Shown here: positions 27,946-39,531 of the stretch, piece after piece
Numbering within the stretch: the first letter of the stretch is position 1
How the letters are laid out: each line of letters opens with the position of its first letter
IMG/VR virus record: IMGVR_UViG_3300028591_000014
Coordinates: 38,957-102,956 of that record
Reading direction: 5' to 3' (one strand)
Source of the DNA: a virus
Taxonomy: Duplodnaviria > Caudoviricetes
Length of the DNA: 64,000 nucleotides
The notes under the pieces: generated by a model
The model's database searches: none
What the model saw: only the letters and a program-made list of their open reading frames with translations
What the model was told of the DNA's origin: nothing
Program-made: the position numbers and the translations under genes

Positions 27946-29071
27946 ACTGATTTATTGCTGATCTATTTGAAAGGCTCCACCAATCTCTTCCGTCACATAC
28001 CCACATATCAAATGCATTCTGGAAATACATCTAATCCGCTCCATATGAATCTACCTCATAGTTTCCAGAAAATGTTCTACTACTACCTCTGCTTGTAGCT
28101 GAATATGGAGCAGCAAGCATGTATTGACGATTGATCATCGGGAACAAACATGGTAGAGTGTCTAGAGCATCAGTATAATTCTCATCACGCTCAAATGCAA
28201 TACCTTCTGCATAATATGAATCCGTAGGATCATATGCATAGAACGTAGAAGCGATCGCACCTGTATGTATCACAATAAACAAAAGACCTGCCTAAGGATG
28301 TGGAAAATATATTCTCGAACCAACGTAATTGACTCTAGAGGCAATCGTATTTGGTGCTATCTGTACAATAACATTGTTTATGCTGATAGCAGGGAGTTTG
28401 TCTGCGCTTATTGTAGCTGATTCAGACGAAGCGTTTATAGCTGCTATAACTCCAGTTTTATCAACTTTACCTGACTGCAATGCTGTTATATTTGTTGCAT
28501 TAGTACCAATCGCAGTTACATCAGCTGGAGTAACTACAGGGTTGCTATTTGAATCAATAAGACCGAGCGTTTGAAGTTGTGCCGTAATATCAATAACAGA
28601 CTGACTGTTATTAGGATCAACGGTTATAGACAGCTTAGATGAATCTATAGTCAGATTCTCCTCTGAAGAATTAATAGCAGCTATTATACCAGTCTTATCT
28701 ACCTTACCTGATTGAAGCGATGCTACGTTAGAAGTATTTGTACGTATAGCATCTACATCAACAGATGTGACTATAGGATTGCCGTCATTATCAAGGAGAT
28801 AAAGAGTCTTTAACTGCTCTATTAAAGAAGGCTGTCCTTCTTCCTCGTCTTCTAAACCACTCTCTCTTCCTTCTGCAGGATATTGCAAAGCTTCAATATC
28901 TGTAAGAATGCTATCTATTTGGGTCCATACACTGTACAAACTAGCAGATTCGCTGTCTTGGTGATTACCAATAACCTCATTTAACTTAGTAACTACGCTA
29001 TTGAGATCTTCAGCAGTAAGAGTTGTGTTTGGAATAAATTGAATGTTTGATTGACTTATTTTTGTATCCAT
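27938..29071 (-). CDS. Fibre-like protein with ~80-aa tandem repeat, inserted within the ring gene (377 aa, 2 TAG)
   Basis: Fragments 28292 and 28031 are co-frame; TAA at 27938. N-terminal TLTAEDLNSVVTKLNE anchor-like motif. Two copies of LQSGKVDKTG(I/V)IAAIN.S.E...I...KL. Confidence 0.7.
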
Positions 29072-29072
29072 A

Positions 29073-29942
29073 TTATCTTATTTTGTCATTACTATTTAAA
29101 TGAGACTTATTCAGAACAAAATCCTCAGATTGTGGTGTTGGATTGTCATCATGTTGTTCTGGTTGATCGTCCGTAGGAGTATCCTGACTATCGGAAACCC
29201 ACACCAAACTTTCTACAAAGCTCTTAGGCTTCTTTATATATACGAGATGTGCCGAATTGCCCTACTGTACTTCTGGTTTGTTTATCGGGTCATATACTAC
29301 AAAACAAGAGTCGCTTTCTATATAACATACTGGATTTTTTACCCACGGCATGTTGTACGGAGTGACAAAAAACTTTTCAGCAACTGTATGCGACACTAGC
29401 TTGACAGGTACAAGACGTATCTGCTTATTGTCGTACGGTTGATTAGTAGCTTGTGTAGATGGTTCCGAAGATGTTGTAGATCCAATATAGTCATTATATA
29501 CATCTTGGAATCTAACCCAATCGTCTTGATCCTCTTGTTCAAACTGTATATCTGTAGGACTATATACTGCCGGCTCTGGAACACGATTGTCTGTAGTAGA
29601 TTCGGTTTCTTTAGTCCTATAGTTCAAGTACGCCTGAACATAATAATTAAAGTCAAGAGGCAACTTAAACCTTGAAATGTTGGCTATAGGAAAATGACCA
29701 TCTCCTTCAAACACAACATCCCCGTGCTTAACCAGCTATTGTAAATCTGCTACAGCCTTTACGTCAGTTTCAAAAGGAGCTCTTCTAACATTATTCCCTG
29801 TTAATTTCTGAGATATTAGCGCATTATACGCTTTATCTAGAATAGTTGCAACTTCGTATGGTGTTAACGATGGATATGACGAAGTAACGTTTGCTTTGTC
29901 ATATTCTATCATGAACTTAGTATATAATTGGTTATGCGTCAT
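29073..29942 (-). CDS. Ring protein, N-terminal part (289 aa, 2 TAG), lacking the conserved C-terminal helix
   Basis: MTHNQLYTKFMIEYDK...SYPSLTPYEVATILDKA...PFETDVKAVADL...HLVYIKKP, then an acidic low-complexity tail and TAA at 29073. Confidence 0.75.
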
Positions 29943-29965
29943 ATCTCATGTTAATGATCGTTAGA

Positions 29966-30718
29966 TCACTTATTCTTTGTTTCGTTTATAATTGCGAGCT
30001 TCAGGTCCTGGTTCTTCTTACTATCAAGATAAGCAATAGCATCCTGCAGACTATCTGCGAACATGTCTGTTCCGTAGAAGTAATGTGTCTTATCCTTGCG
30101 GATAACACCTTTGGCAATAGCCTCCTCAAGAATAAACTCTGTATCCTTAGATGCATTATTTACCCACTTATCAAAGAACTTCTTAGGCTGCTTGTCTACA
30201 AGATTAAACAGTGTAGATTCAACAAGCTCGTTTGACATACGATCTGCTGACATTCCAAACAAACGCAGGCACTTGCGCATCTGCTCAAGAGACATACCAT
30301 CAAATGCTTTAATAGCATCACGACGAAGTTTATTCTGCTTATTCTGCTCTATAGCTTCTGCTTCACGATTGATCAACAGATAATCCTTACCTGCATCAAG
30401 CTTATCAAGCGATGTAGCAACACGCTTATGATTACTAAGGAACTTAATAATCATTGCCTGGCGAGGAATAGAATCATCCAAGAGCAGAGTACGCGAACCA
30501 ATTTTTACACAAAACGTAGTCCAGAAGTCTGACGTCTTAGCAAGATGTCCTTCTTCATAACCTAAAGCTTTTTCAAAATATCTCTCATCTTCTGGGGTGA
30601 GACCCGTATATATCGACCCGGAACGCGTGAAGTACGGTGCAATATAATCAAAGCAACTCTTATACTTTACAAGACCGATCCAGGGATTCTTCTTTTTAAT
30701 TTTTAATTCAACTACCAT
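29966..30718 (-). CDS. Conserved crAss-like protein downstream of MCP (250 aa, no TAG)
   Basis: Intact ORF with YTGLTPEDERYFEKALG and EEAIAKGVIRK...YYG...AIAYL..KKNQ pattern; conserved position after MCP. Confidence 0.7.
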   Translation of the reverse strand: MVVELKIKKKNPWIGLVKYKSCFDYIAPYFTRSGSIYTGLTPEDERYFEKALGYEEGHLAKTSDFWTTFCVKIGSRTLLLDDSIPRQAMIIKFLSNHKRVATSLDKLDAGKDYLLINREAEAIEQNKQNKLRRDAIKAFDGMSLEQMRKCLRLFGMSADRMSNELVESTLFNLVDKQPKKFFDKWVNNASKDTEFILEEAIAKGVIRKDKTHYFYGTDMFADSLQDAIAYLDSKKNQDLKLAIINETKNK

Positions 30719-30737
30719 AATTTACATTAGTATGTTG

Positions 30738-30785
30738 AGTATCGAACAGGGGGTTGTACAGTTTACACAACCCCCGTCGAATACT
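30738..30785 (-). terminator. Strong stem-loop after the MCP stop (terminator, or processing/stability hairpin)
   Basis: GGGGGTTGT (30749-57) / ACAACCCCC (30767-75) with extended arms; no clear U-tract on the minus strand. Confidence 0.45.
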
Positions 30786-30800
30786 TATGTTTATTTAATA

Positions 30801-31954
30801 TCACGCACCAACTGAGGGGATACCGTTATTGGTCAGCTCGCTATCCTCTGCATCGCAGTACAGGATACCGCAAGACAGCGGGTTACGAACCATGATACCA
30901 ACCTCACCAAGGAAGTGAACCTGGTAACCATCGCGGCTGTTAGAACGCAGTGTATTGATGCTGTTAGCATATCCGTTAGGAGCAACAGAACCACCAGTAT
31001 ACCACTGTACGAACTCACGACCCTTGCGGCAAACCTTAACGATATTTGCCTGACCATCAGCGTTGCTAATGTCAAGGAACAGGAACGTGTACGACATCAG
31101 TGGCTTACCAGTCAGCGGGTGCAGCTGACGGAACAGCTCCATGTTGTCGAACATCGGGCAACGCTTCATCGACAGCTCGATACCGTTCGTCATCTTATAC
31201 GTGGTGAACTGACCACCGAGAGTCAGGTTCTGACCAGAACCAGTGACAAATACGTTGTCACACAGGTGGAAGCTAGCAACCTTCTCCTTCAGGATGCGAT
31301 CGAACTCGCGAATACCCATCTCACCAGTCAGAGCAACGAACTTACGCTCGTTGGTACCCAGGATGTTGTAGCACAGATCGAACAGGTAATCCTCGAACAG
31401 CTCAGCCGTCAGCGTTGTGTAGTAACGGATGTTAGCAGGAGAAATCTGCTCAAGCAGACCACTCATCGTGGGAACGGGGCGACCGTTTGTACCCTTGTTA
31501 ATGTATGTACCATCACTCAGACGGTTGCTCTTAGAGAACAGGAGAGCGGTCTCCTCTCTCTTCTTCCACTCACGGAGAGCCTTCCAGTACTGATAATCAG
31601 CCCACAGATAAGATGACTTACCGGTCTCAGGATCCTTCAGAGCGATAGCCAGAACGGTGCTATAAGCATCACCGGTGATATCGTAGCTCAAACGCAGATT
31701 CTGCAGATGGTTACGCATCTTAAACGGAGTCTGATAGTTGATGATATCAGCCTCATCGCTGTACTCCTCGTAAGCAGAGCCGATACGGCTTACCTGACGA
31801 CCAGGCATCAGCAGCTCTCCAGGAATATAAGCAGCCTGAGAACCATCAATAACGTAACACTCGTAAACCCAAGCGCTACCATCCTGATAGGGCAGACCAG
31901 TCGTACGAACCTGGAAATGGAAGTCATCAAAGCTGAGCACAGCTCCGGGACCGA
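30801..31954 (-). CDS. Major capsid protein, exon 2
   Basis: Splicing gives ...EERW-F-GPGAVLSFDD..., total ~508 aa. Contains MRNHLQNLRLSYDITGDA, PVPTMSGLLEQI, LTGEMGIREFD and HPLTGKPLMSY. Confidence 0.9.
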
Positions 31955-32791
31955 CAGTCCCATGTTCCATACAAGGCGTTAGCTTGTATGCGTTCGTGCG
32001 TGCTCAACACGAACTGCTTTATATCTCTATAAAGATCAGACTATATCTTCATCCACTTGGGATGTTCCGCATTTCCCCTCACTTGAGGGTACGTCATTAC
32101 AGACTAGTCGTTGAACCTTCAAATCTTCGGAGTCGATACGAAGTCCTTTGAATCTACCCGTTTTGATATATGCGCCCGTATTTACATACTTCTAAACAAG
32201 CGTCATAAAATTGCGTTTAGATCCTCCAAACTACTTCAACACATTTTTAAAACCTAGAATAGTAAATGACTTTCCGTTGAACACGTTTGTAAAAGTATAT
32301 GCTTTTTGTATATCATATCTTCCACGATGGCCGTGCAATTTACTCCACTCGTCATTCTATTCTTGTGTAACCCATTCTAGGTTTTCAAACCAATTGTTTT
32401 TGACGTTAAAGTCTTTGTGATTAACCTCTTCTTTATTGTAAGGATTGTCAATAAATGTCTCCGCTACTAAACGATGGACCCGATATGTCCTTCTGTAATT
32501 ATTTCTAGATAATGTTACTAAAGGATAACCATCTTTATCACAACCTTTGTTTAAATATCTATTGGATATGTACGAATACACCTTGCCGTCATTTGTGATA
32601 CTATATCTATCTTCCCATCCTTTAATTGGTTTGCTTACGATTTGCTTGGCTGCTGATTGTCCATTTTCATTATTCATAATTCTATGTTTTTAATTGTTAC
32701 TCTACGGTATAAAAACTTTTAGGATTTTCCAGCAATTAACGGAATTTATTATCCGCGCAGTTGCCTGCACGTGTGGCTCAGCCCAGAGCTA
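31955..32791 (-). mobile_element. Group I self-splicing intron (837 nt) in the MCP gene
   Basis: 5' splice site after U with P1 GTGGT/GCCAC (U.G wobble); IGS GGGCTGA pairs the 3' exon TCGGTCC (P10); P AATTGCTGGAAA, Q AATCAGCAG, R TTCAACGACTA, S AAGATATAGTC; terminal G; splicing restores the reading frame. Confidence 0.92.
32036..32677 (-). CDS. Intron-encoded NUMOD4/HNH homing endonuclease (213 aa, 3 TAG)
   Basis: KPIKGWEDRYSITNDGKVYS (NUMOD4-like), VHRLVAETFI.NP..KEEVNHKDFNVKNN..ENLEWVTQE*N; first non-TAG stop is TGA at 32036. Confidence 0.85.
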
Positions 32792-33164
32792 ACCACCTCT
32801 CCTCAAGAGCGAGGTAGATAGGCGTATTGTTCAGACCTGGAGTGATTCCATTCTCAATAGAGCTAGAAGTAACCTCCTGACCATTCCACTTAGCCCAGCG
32901 AATGTTTACAGCGTGATCTGCATCGATCTGCACAGCCCACTCAAACTCGCGGTTCTCAATAATCATCGTCTTGCCCAGACCACCAGTAATCAGGTCGATC
33001 GTAGTAGAAACACCGTCGTCCTTAGTACCGAACACCAGTGAAAGCAGACCAGAAACCTCATGAGGCTTGGTGAGCAGTGCGTTAGAAATCATATTCTCAT
33101 CTACCAGGTCACTGAAACGACGTCCGCGATACAGCTGGAGATTGTTAAGTAAAGTATTATTCAT
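32792..33164 (-). CDS. Major capsid protein, exon 1
   Basis: MNNTLLNNLQLYRGRRFSDLVDENMISNALL...IENREFEW...PIYLALEERW; same codon style as exon 2. Confidence 0.9.
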
Positions 33165-33187
33165 ATATGTTTAAATCTTTATTTATG

Positions 33188-34339
33188 TCAGTACATTCCA
33201 TTTATTAAATCTGTAACTGACTTCTGTTTTTCGTCGGCGTTATATGTGCTATGATTTTTTGCACTGTGCCGTAGTAAATTCCTAAGTTTTTCAGCAGCGG
33301 ATGACTCTCCATCTCTCTTGGCTGTAGAAATAAGACTATCAGCTTTCATTGTAAAATACGCAGACTCAATAAGGTTTTTGACCATATTCTTGTTGAAGTC
33401 TTTTGTATACTAAGACTGTCCATTTTGATCTACTTTGAATATATAATCAAACAGAGCTTTTCTATCTTCTTTGGGCACATTGATACCACGAATGTTAGTA
33501 AGGTTATTGATACTTGTGCTTACGTCATTAAAGAAAGCTCTGGACTGCTCTTCGTTACGTCTGGCCTGCTCTTCTTGCATACGAGTAGCCTCTTCAACTT
33601 CATGCTGTCTAATCTCTTTCAGTCTGCCAAGTGCATCCTCCGCTTCCTCATACAACACATCGTTATCCTCATATCTAGTCAGCTTCTTATTTATCTGCTC
33701 ATCAGAATAGCCGCTGCGATGCATAAAGTCGCGCAATACTGCTTTTTGATTATTCTCGTCTTCGAGATCAATATTATCAAGAGTCAAGGCCTCTTGCTGA
33801 CGCTGATAGAAATCCTCAAATCTACCACCATTCTTTACGTACTCGTCAAGCGCCTGTATGCGCTCATCTGCGTATTCAGGCTGTGAGTTCTGAGTTACAA
33901 CGTCTGCAAAATACTGAGCAAGTTCCTTAGTATTCAGAGGTCTATCTTTCTCGTCGATCTCGTCCAAGTTCCATCCGAGAGAGTTACCAATTGCATCAAA
34001 TAATAGTCCAACTTGCTGAGCTTCTATAACATCAGCATCATCGGGCTCATTGTTATCTTCTACAGGCGGTTCGTCTACAGGAGGTTCTTGATTTGTGTTT
34101 TGTACAGGAGGTTCCTCTGTGGTATCCTCATGTACATTTGGATCGTCTTGATCCGCTACATTGCCGTCCTCAGGATCTTTCACTGGCGGCTCATCATCTG
34201 TATTGTCATCAACAAGTGGAGTATTAGGTTCCATCAACTCGTCAATATTTGTAATACCACCGCCCTCTTCGGCGTTGGAATAAATATTACCAAGGATGTC
34301 ATCAAATCCACTTGGAATAGTATTCTTCTTTTTTGCCAT
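33188..34339 (-). CDS. Acidic scaffolding-like protein upstream of MCP (383 aa, 1 TAG)
   Basis: Fragments 33410 and 33188 are co-frame; D/E/P-rich N-terminus and coiled coil; position before MCP. Confidence 0.65.
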
Positions 34340-34362
34340 ATTGCAATATGAATTAAGTTATT

Positions 34363-34605
34363 TTATTCAGAGTCCTTATTCTCTGTATCTTCTTCATGAA
34401 AATCATGGTACCCCATAGATAACCATGTATATACCTTATATTCGTTCAGCACCTCTGCCAATTGTTCAATCAGCGGGCCTACTTTTTCTTTTATAACATT
34501 TTCAGGAATGTTTCCTAAATCTAAGGAAACTGGTTTCCCTAGTTTTCCTGGAGCTACATTCTGTTTATTGACACCATGTAACATTGCTCCGTCATATATT
34601 CTCAT
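34363..34605 (-). CDS. Hypothetical protein (80 aa)
   Basis: Intact ORF filling the gap, AT-rich leader. Confidence 0.55.
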   Translation of the reverse strand: MRIYDGAMLHGVNKQNVAPGKLGKPVSLDLGNIPENVIKEKVGPLIEQLAEVLNEYKVYTWLSMGYHDFHEEDTENKDSE

Positions 34606-34641
34606 AATTTATTACAGTTTATTCTGTTATTGTCTGTATGC

Positions 34642-36894
34642 TTATCTGTTTCTTATATACATGAAATGACCACCTTTTGCTGCTCTTGTATTTTGTCTGT
34701 CATAATCTACAAGATCCTGCGCAGATATATTTTCACCATTCCTTGTACGCAATCCGCGATTATACGAACCGTTATCGAGCTCATAATATCTTATAAGCTT
34801 TCCCTTGTGATTTCGTTTCATCATTTCGATTTCTTGAATCACGTGATTTATTGTACCCTCTACAATACGTTTTTCATTTCCGGCAACAAGTAACACTCGA
34901 CCTCCAGATACGTTTCCGTAATTTCCATTGAGCGATCTTTTTTGCGTCATAGTGGTTATAACACCCTATCCACGCTTGCCCTACTAAACGACTCCATTCT
35001 AATCATACACACCCTCATCGTATACATTTACAACTGGCTAAAATCTACCAGGATTGTTCGGAATATCTTCTTTATATATAATATTTCCGTTGCTATCTCT
35101 AGGAATGTCTATAATATCTTTATAATATACTTGCGTTAAAGTATCGCCAGGGCCAAATTCAGAAAGAGGTCCGATTTTAAACTTTCCATTACTATCAAAA
35201 CCCATGAAATGATTTTGATGGCCTTCTCCGTCTTTATCAAGAGCTGTATACTTCTTCCCATTATAATCAACACCTTTTACATAATCTTCATATTTATATA
35301 TGGGATTATACGTGGTAAGAGGTGCATTGTTAGAATCAAGATCCCTATATTCTCCGCGATTTCTAGCACCAAACCGCATATCGTCAGTTATTGGATAGGA
35401 ACTTTCTATGTAATATTTATTGCCGGTTTTGTCTATTGGAGCAACGTCCCATGTCAATGTATCTCCGTTTACTCTAGAAGCTTTTGCGAAAGATTCATCT
35501 AAAACATCTTTCTGTTTTTTAACTACCGGACTCAACGTTAGTTTTTTCGTTTTTACTTCCGGATCCTGTGTAAAATGTTTTGCAACACCGTTCCAAGCCG
35601 TTTGAAGCAACCCTTCTACATCACCTTTATTTTCTTCAAGAGTGTCTACAATATCTCCAAACTTGGACGCGACTTTATTGTACGCGGTCTAAAAAAGTCC
35701 AGGACTATTTAACTGTTCAATGGTGGATGTAGAGTTGTGTAATGGGGACACATATACACTATTCGTTAATTCTGGTATATCTGCTTTTTGTGGCGGAGCC
35801 AACCTTTTTAACTAATTCTTGTATTTTCTCCCAGTAACTACAATTTCTGGTAAATCTTTTTCTATAGTTTTGGTTAGCCAATTTTGTGGTATCAATAGGT
35901 TTGATCCTTCTTGTATTAGATCTGGGTTTGCAATTTCGTTCAATCTTGCAATCTCCATGTATCTCATCGGATCCCCAGTATATTGTTTGGCTATTTTTGA
36001 CAAAGAGTCTCCTCGTGTTACTGTATATGATGCGGGATTGTCTAGTTCTTTAGACAAATCAGGTTTACCTTTTTTAAAACTAGGCATCTTTAAATGCATA
36101 TTTGGCACACCCAACGCATCAGCTACATACGACTTGAACTAATCTTCAGGTCCACCTAAGTTAAACATGTCATCCAAACTAGGTAATTCTGCAGAGAACT
36201 GTGAAGACAATGGTTGTATTCTACGTCCTGTTATTACTGTCTCTGGCAATGTTCTCTGTACCTCTGCAACAGGCTGCGCTCTCTTAACAGGAGTTATTAC
36301 TGTAGGCTTTGAAACAGCTACAGCATCTGACTGTTGAACGTCTGCTTGACGCGGTTTAAATATCATTCTCTTCCCCCCATCGGGGAGATTATATTCTGTT
36401 ATCTCTGGAGAACCATATTTATCGTATAAGTATTTGTATGCAGCTTCCGCGTTAGCATATCTTTCATTAGCCTTTTGATATCCCACTACTTTGCCGTCCT
36501 TCATTATCACAGGACGTTCATAGTAGCGCATAAATGCATCTGCAGCATCTCTAGCTGTTTTATATCCACCTTTCTTGTATTTTCCTGCATTCGTAGAAGT
36601 ATACGCAGAATAATTACCCTTCATTACATTATCGGCTCTGTTATTCCAATCGTCTATAAACTTCATCTAGCTATTCATGGAATAATCACCATACATGCTT
36701 TCAATAGCCTTACGTATATTTTTATGATTCTACCAAGCTCCGTGATAAGTCTTTGACGCAGATACACTGTCAGGATTCAATCCAGATTCTACCAAACCGT
36801 TTCCGGCTATTCCGGCTATAGAGGCCATATCATAACCAAGAGGTGCATATGTACTGTATAGCAAATCTAACGCTGCTTGTTGTTCTTTTGTCAT
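34642..36894 (-). CDS. Multidomain virion muralytic protein: tail-lysozyme-like domain + LysM + C-terminal domain (~750 aa)
   Basis: Four fragments co-frame. AGIAGNGLVESGLNP...GAW* and AADAFMRYYERP (phage tail lysozyme type); LysM YTVTRGDSLSKIAKQY...IANPDLIQEG..LLIP. Confidence 0.8.
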
Positions 36895-37046
36895 ACTCTA
36901 TCTATTCTATTGCTAAGAAGATTAGCAATGACGTTGGTAACGAAATCGTTACCTTCGTCATGCTAAACATATCTTAGTATAAGTTTCAACAATTGATTAT
37001 TCTCTCTAGTAAGCTATAGAAGTTCTTGTTCTTCAGCGTACGTCAT
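36891..37046 (-). CDS. Small hypothetical protein (51 aa, 2 TAG)
   Basis: MTYAEEQELL*LTRENNQLLKLILRYV*HDEGNDFVTNVIANLL; ATGA overlaps on both sides. Confidence 0.6.
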
Positions 37047-39529
37047 TTTCCAGATACAGTTTTATTACGTAACGCATATTGACCTTTAACCTTTTCACGT
37101 TCAAGAGCCGCATCGTCCTTCTGTTTCTGAAGAGCCATCTCATGCTTCATCTTCTCACGTTCAAGCTGTATCTTCTTATCTTCGATTTCTTTTTTCTATC
37201 TCTACTCGTATCTCTTTGTATACTGTTCAGCTGACATCTTTTGTTGTTCAAGAGCTTGCTTACCTATTTCTATCGGATCAGGAATTTGATTATTGTTAGC
37301 ATCCTTTTCTTCAGTACCACGATATGCACTAATCTCAGCTACAGCTATCTTAGTCTGATTATCAGCATCAATCTTATAACGCTCAAGCTCCATCTTAGCC
37401 TCTTCAAGCATAAGCTCCTGCTGACGCTGTTCGTTCTGCATCTGTTGAAGCTGCATAGCCTGCTCTTGTTCAGCCTGCTGTTGCTGCTCTATCTGCTGCT
37501 GTTGACGATCTTGCATCTCCTTAAGCTTTTGCTTAATGATATTGAAGTTATCATTCGTAAGTACTTCAGCGGCTTCCAATAGGCTGGCTCCATTCTGCAT
37601 AGCCGGCTGGATAAGCTGCTGTAACTTCTGAATGTTCTCCATATCTTTAGAAGTATCGCTTACGAATACATCCATATCCTCATAATAGAACTTATCAGCA
37701 ATGTCTAAGTATGCACGCTCTCCATTATCGAAGACATAACTTAACTTCTTCTTACCAGTCTCCGCCCAAGCACCTTTGGCTGTATTTAACAGCATATTAA
37801 GAGCATGACGCTTACACTGATTATGAACCCAGAACAAAGGCTCTGTAATGTGTGAAGACTGTACAACAGACCGTTCCACATTACCTACAAGCTCACTAGA
37901 ACTAATAGCACCTTCACGCTGTTCTGTAATACCAGATATAGTACCGGCAAGCTGCTCAATCTTATCCATCAACTGAATATACTCAGCTATTACATTCGAC
38001 ATAGTAAGATCGAGTGCCGTAATCTAATTAAACGTAGCTGGTTTACCACCTTCACGTCCAGGAACGTTCCACCCCTCTTCGTATGGATTAATAAAGTTAA
38101 CACCCACAGAAGATAGGTAATGCATCCAACGCTCTGGAGTAATGTTCATAGACTTGGGTATCTGAGTAATATCCATATTTACTACCTTACCTTTATCTCT
38201 AGCAATAGCTAGTTCAAGGCGATACCACAGTACAATGTACATATACTGAAGAGGTTTAAGTATACTTACAAGAGATCTGGGTTTGCTATTTGTATTACTG
38301 TATATAGCACCTGTATACGGAAGTTTCTGTGAATTAGGATTGTCTATAGATACATGCTGATATTCTACAGGCTGTATACCAAAGTATAAATCAGAGCCAG
38401 CTCTATATCCTTCCCACACCTCTACAATCCAGTCTGGTGTAACATCTAACTCTAGACCAGTCTTTTTGTATGTCTCATCCACAATGTCTATCTGTGGGGT
38501 TCCTGTCTCGTCCATATAAGTGACATAGAATATCTTCTTAAAGGACTTCCAGCAACAATGCCATACATTTATATTATGCCTTGTTTTCTAATCAAATAGA
38601 GGATTATCGTAGATATGCATCTGTATTCCGCTAAAGTTATCTACTTTATCCTTGTCTCCCATATCGTTAGAAGGTCTACCAGTAAGCATCTCTTGTAGCT
38701 TATTTAAGTCTTTTTCTGTAAGCTTATCAAAGTATCTATCATATACTGTAGTCCAAGGCATTCTCATACGTCTACAACACCAAGAAGCGTCTTCTATAAA
38801 CTCTAAGTCCGGTGATTGATCGTATGCAAAGTATAAAGGATTAACACGTTCCAAATAAGGTTCTTCATTCAACACCCCCACGTAGTAAATCTCTGTACCA
38901 CTTATGAGGGCATCTTTCCAACCTTTTATAAATTCATTGTCCAAACTTAGCTTTTCGCGTAAGTAGGTCAATGTATGATACGCCGTGTTTTCTACAACAT
39001 CTTTGTAATCCTTATCCATATATTTAGCTATAGCTGCAGGTGGCATTATCTCTCCATTCTGGAGCTACTGCTAAAACTATGCTGCTTCCTCTTCTCCCAT
39101 CTGAGCCGTAATAGATGCCATAAGATACTGCATAAGCATCTCTTTCTCTTTGTCCATAAGCTCTGAAGCAGCTTCTTGTGATGTTCTTACTACCCTGAAA
39201 TTCATTGGCCTCTTTGTCTCTTCACCTATAAGGAGGTCTACCTTAGGCCTTATTATATTAAAATCCTGCGGAGTAGCTGGGAATCCATCTTCAACTTTAA
39301 ACGGGTTTGTTATACGCTTAAAGTCTTTCTCATCGAATATAGAATTATAAAGATTATAGTAGGTTTGTAATTCTCCAAACCGCGTTTTACTCATGCCGCC
39401 GGAGACAACGTTACCTTCCCCAATAATGTAGTCAACACAATCATGCTACCACTGCTCTGTCTTTTTGCTTAATGGGAGCTTCTGTTGAGGGAAGTTTGAA
39501 TTATATAAATTATCTTCTACTCTAACCAT
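37043..39529 (-). CDS. Portal protein (~828 aa)
   Basis: Four fragments co-frame. FPQQKLP..KK, FNIIRPKVDLLIGEETKRP, PRSLVSILKPLQYMY, ISGITEQREGAIS; follows terminase. Confidence 0.9.
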
Positions 39530-39531
39530 TG

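Noticed and set aside
27946-29230. Self-splicing intron or intein explaining the split ring gene
   Set aside because: No group I P/Q/R/S or group II domain V motifs seen, no nuclease or RT, and stops plus frame changes exclude an intein.
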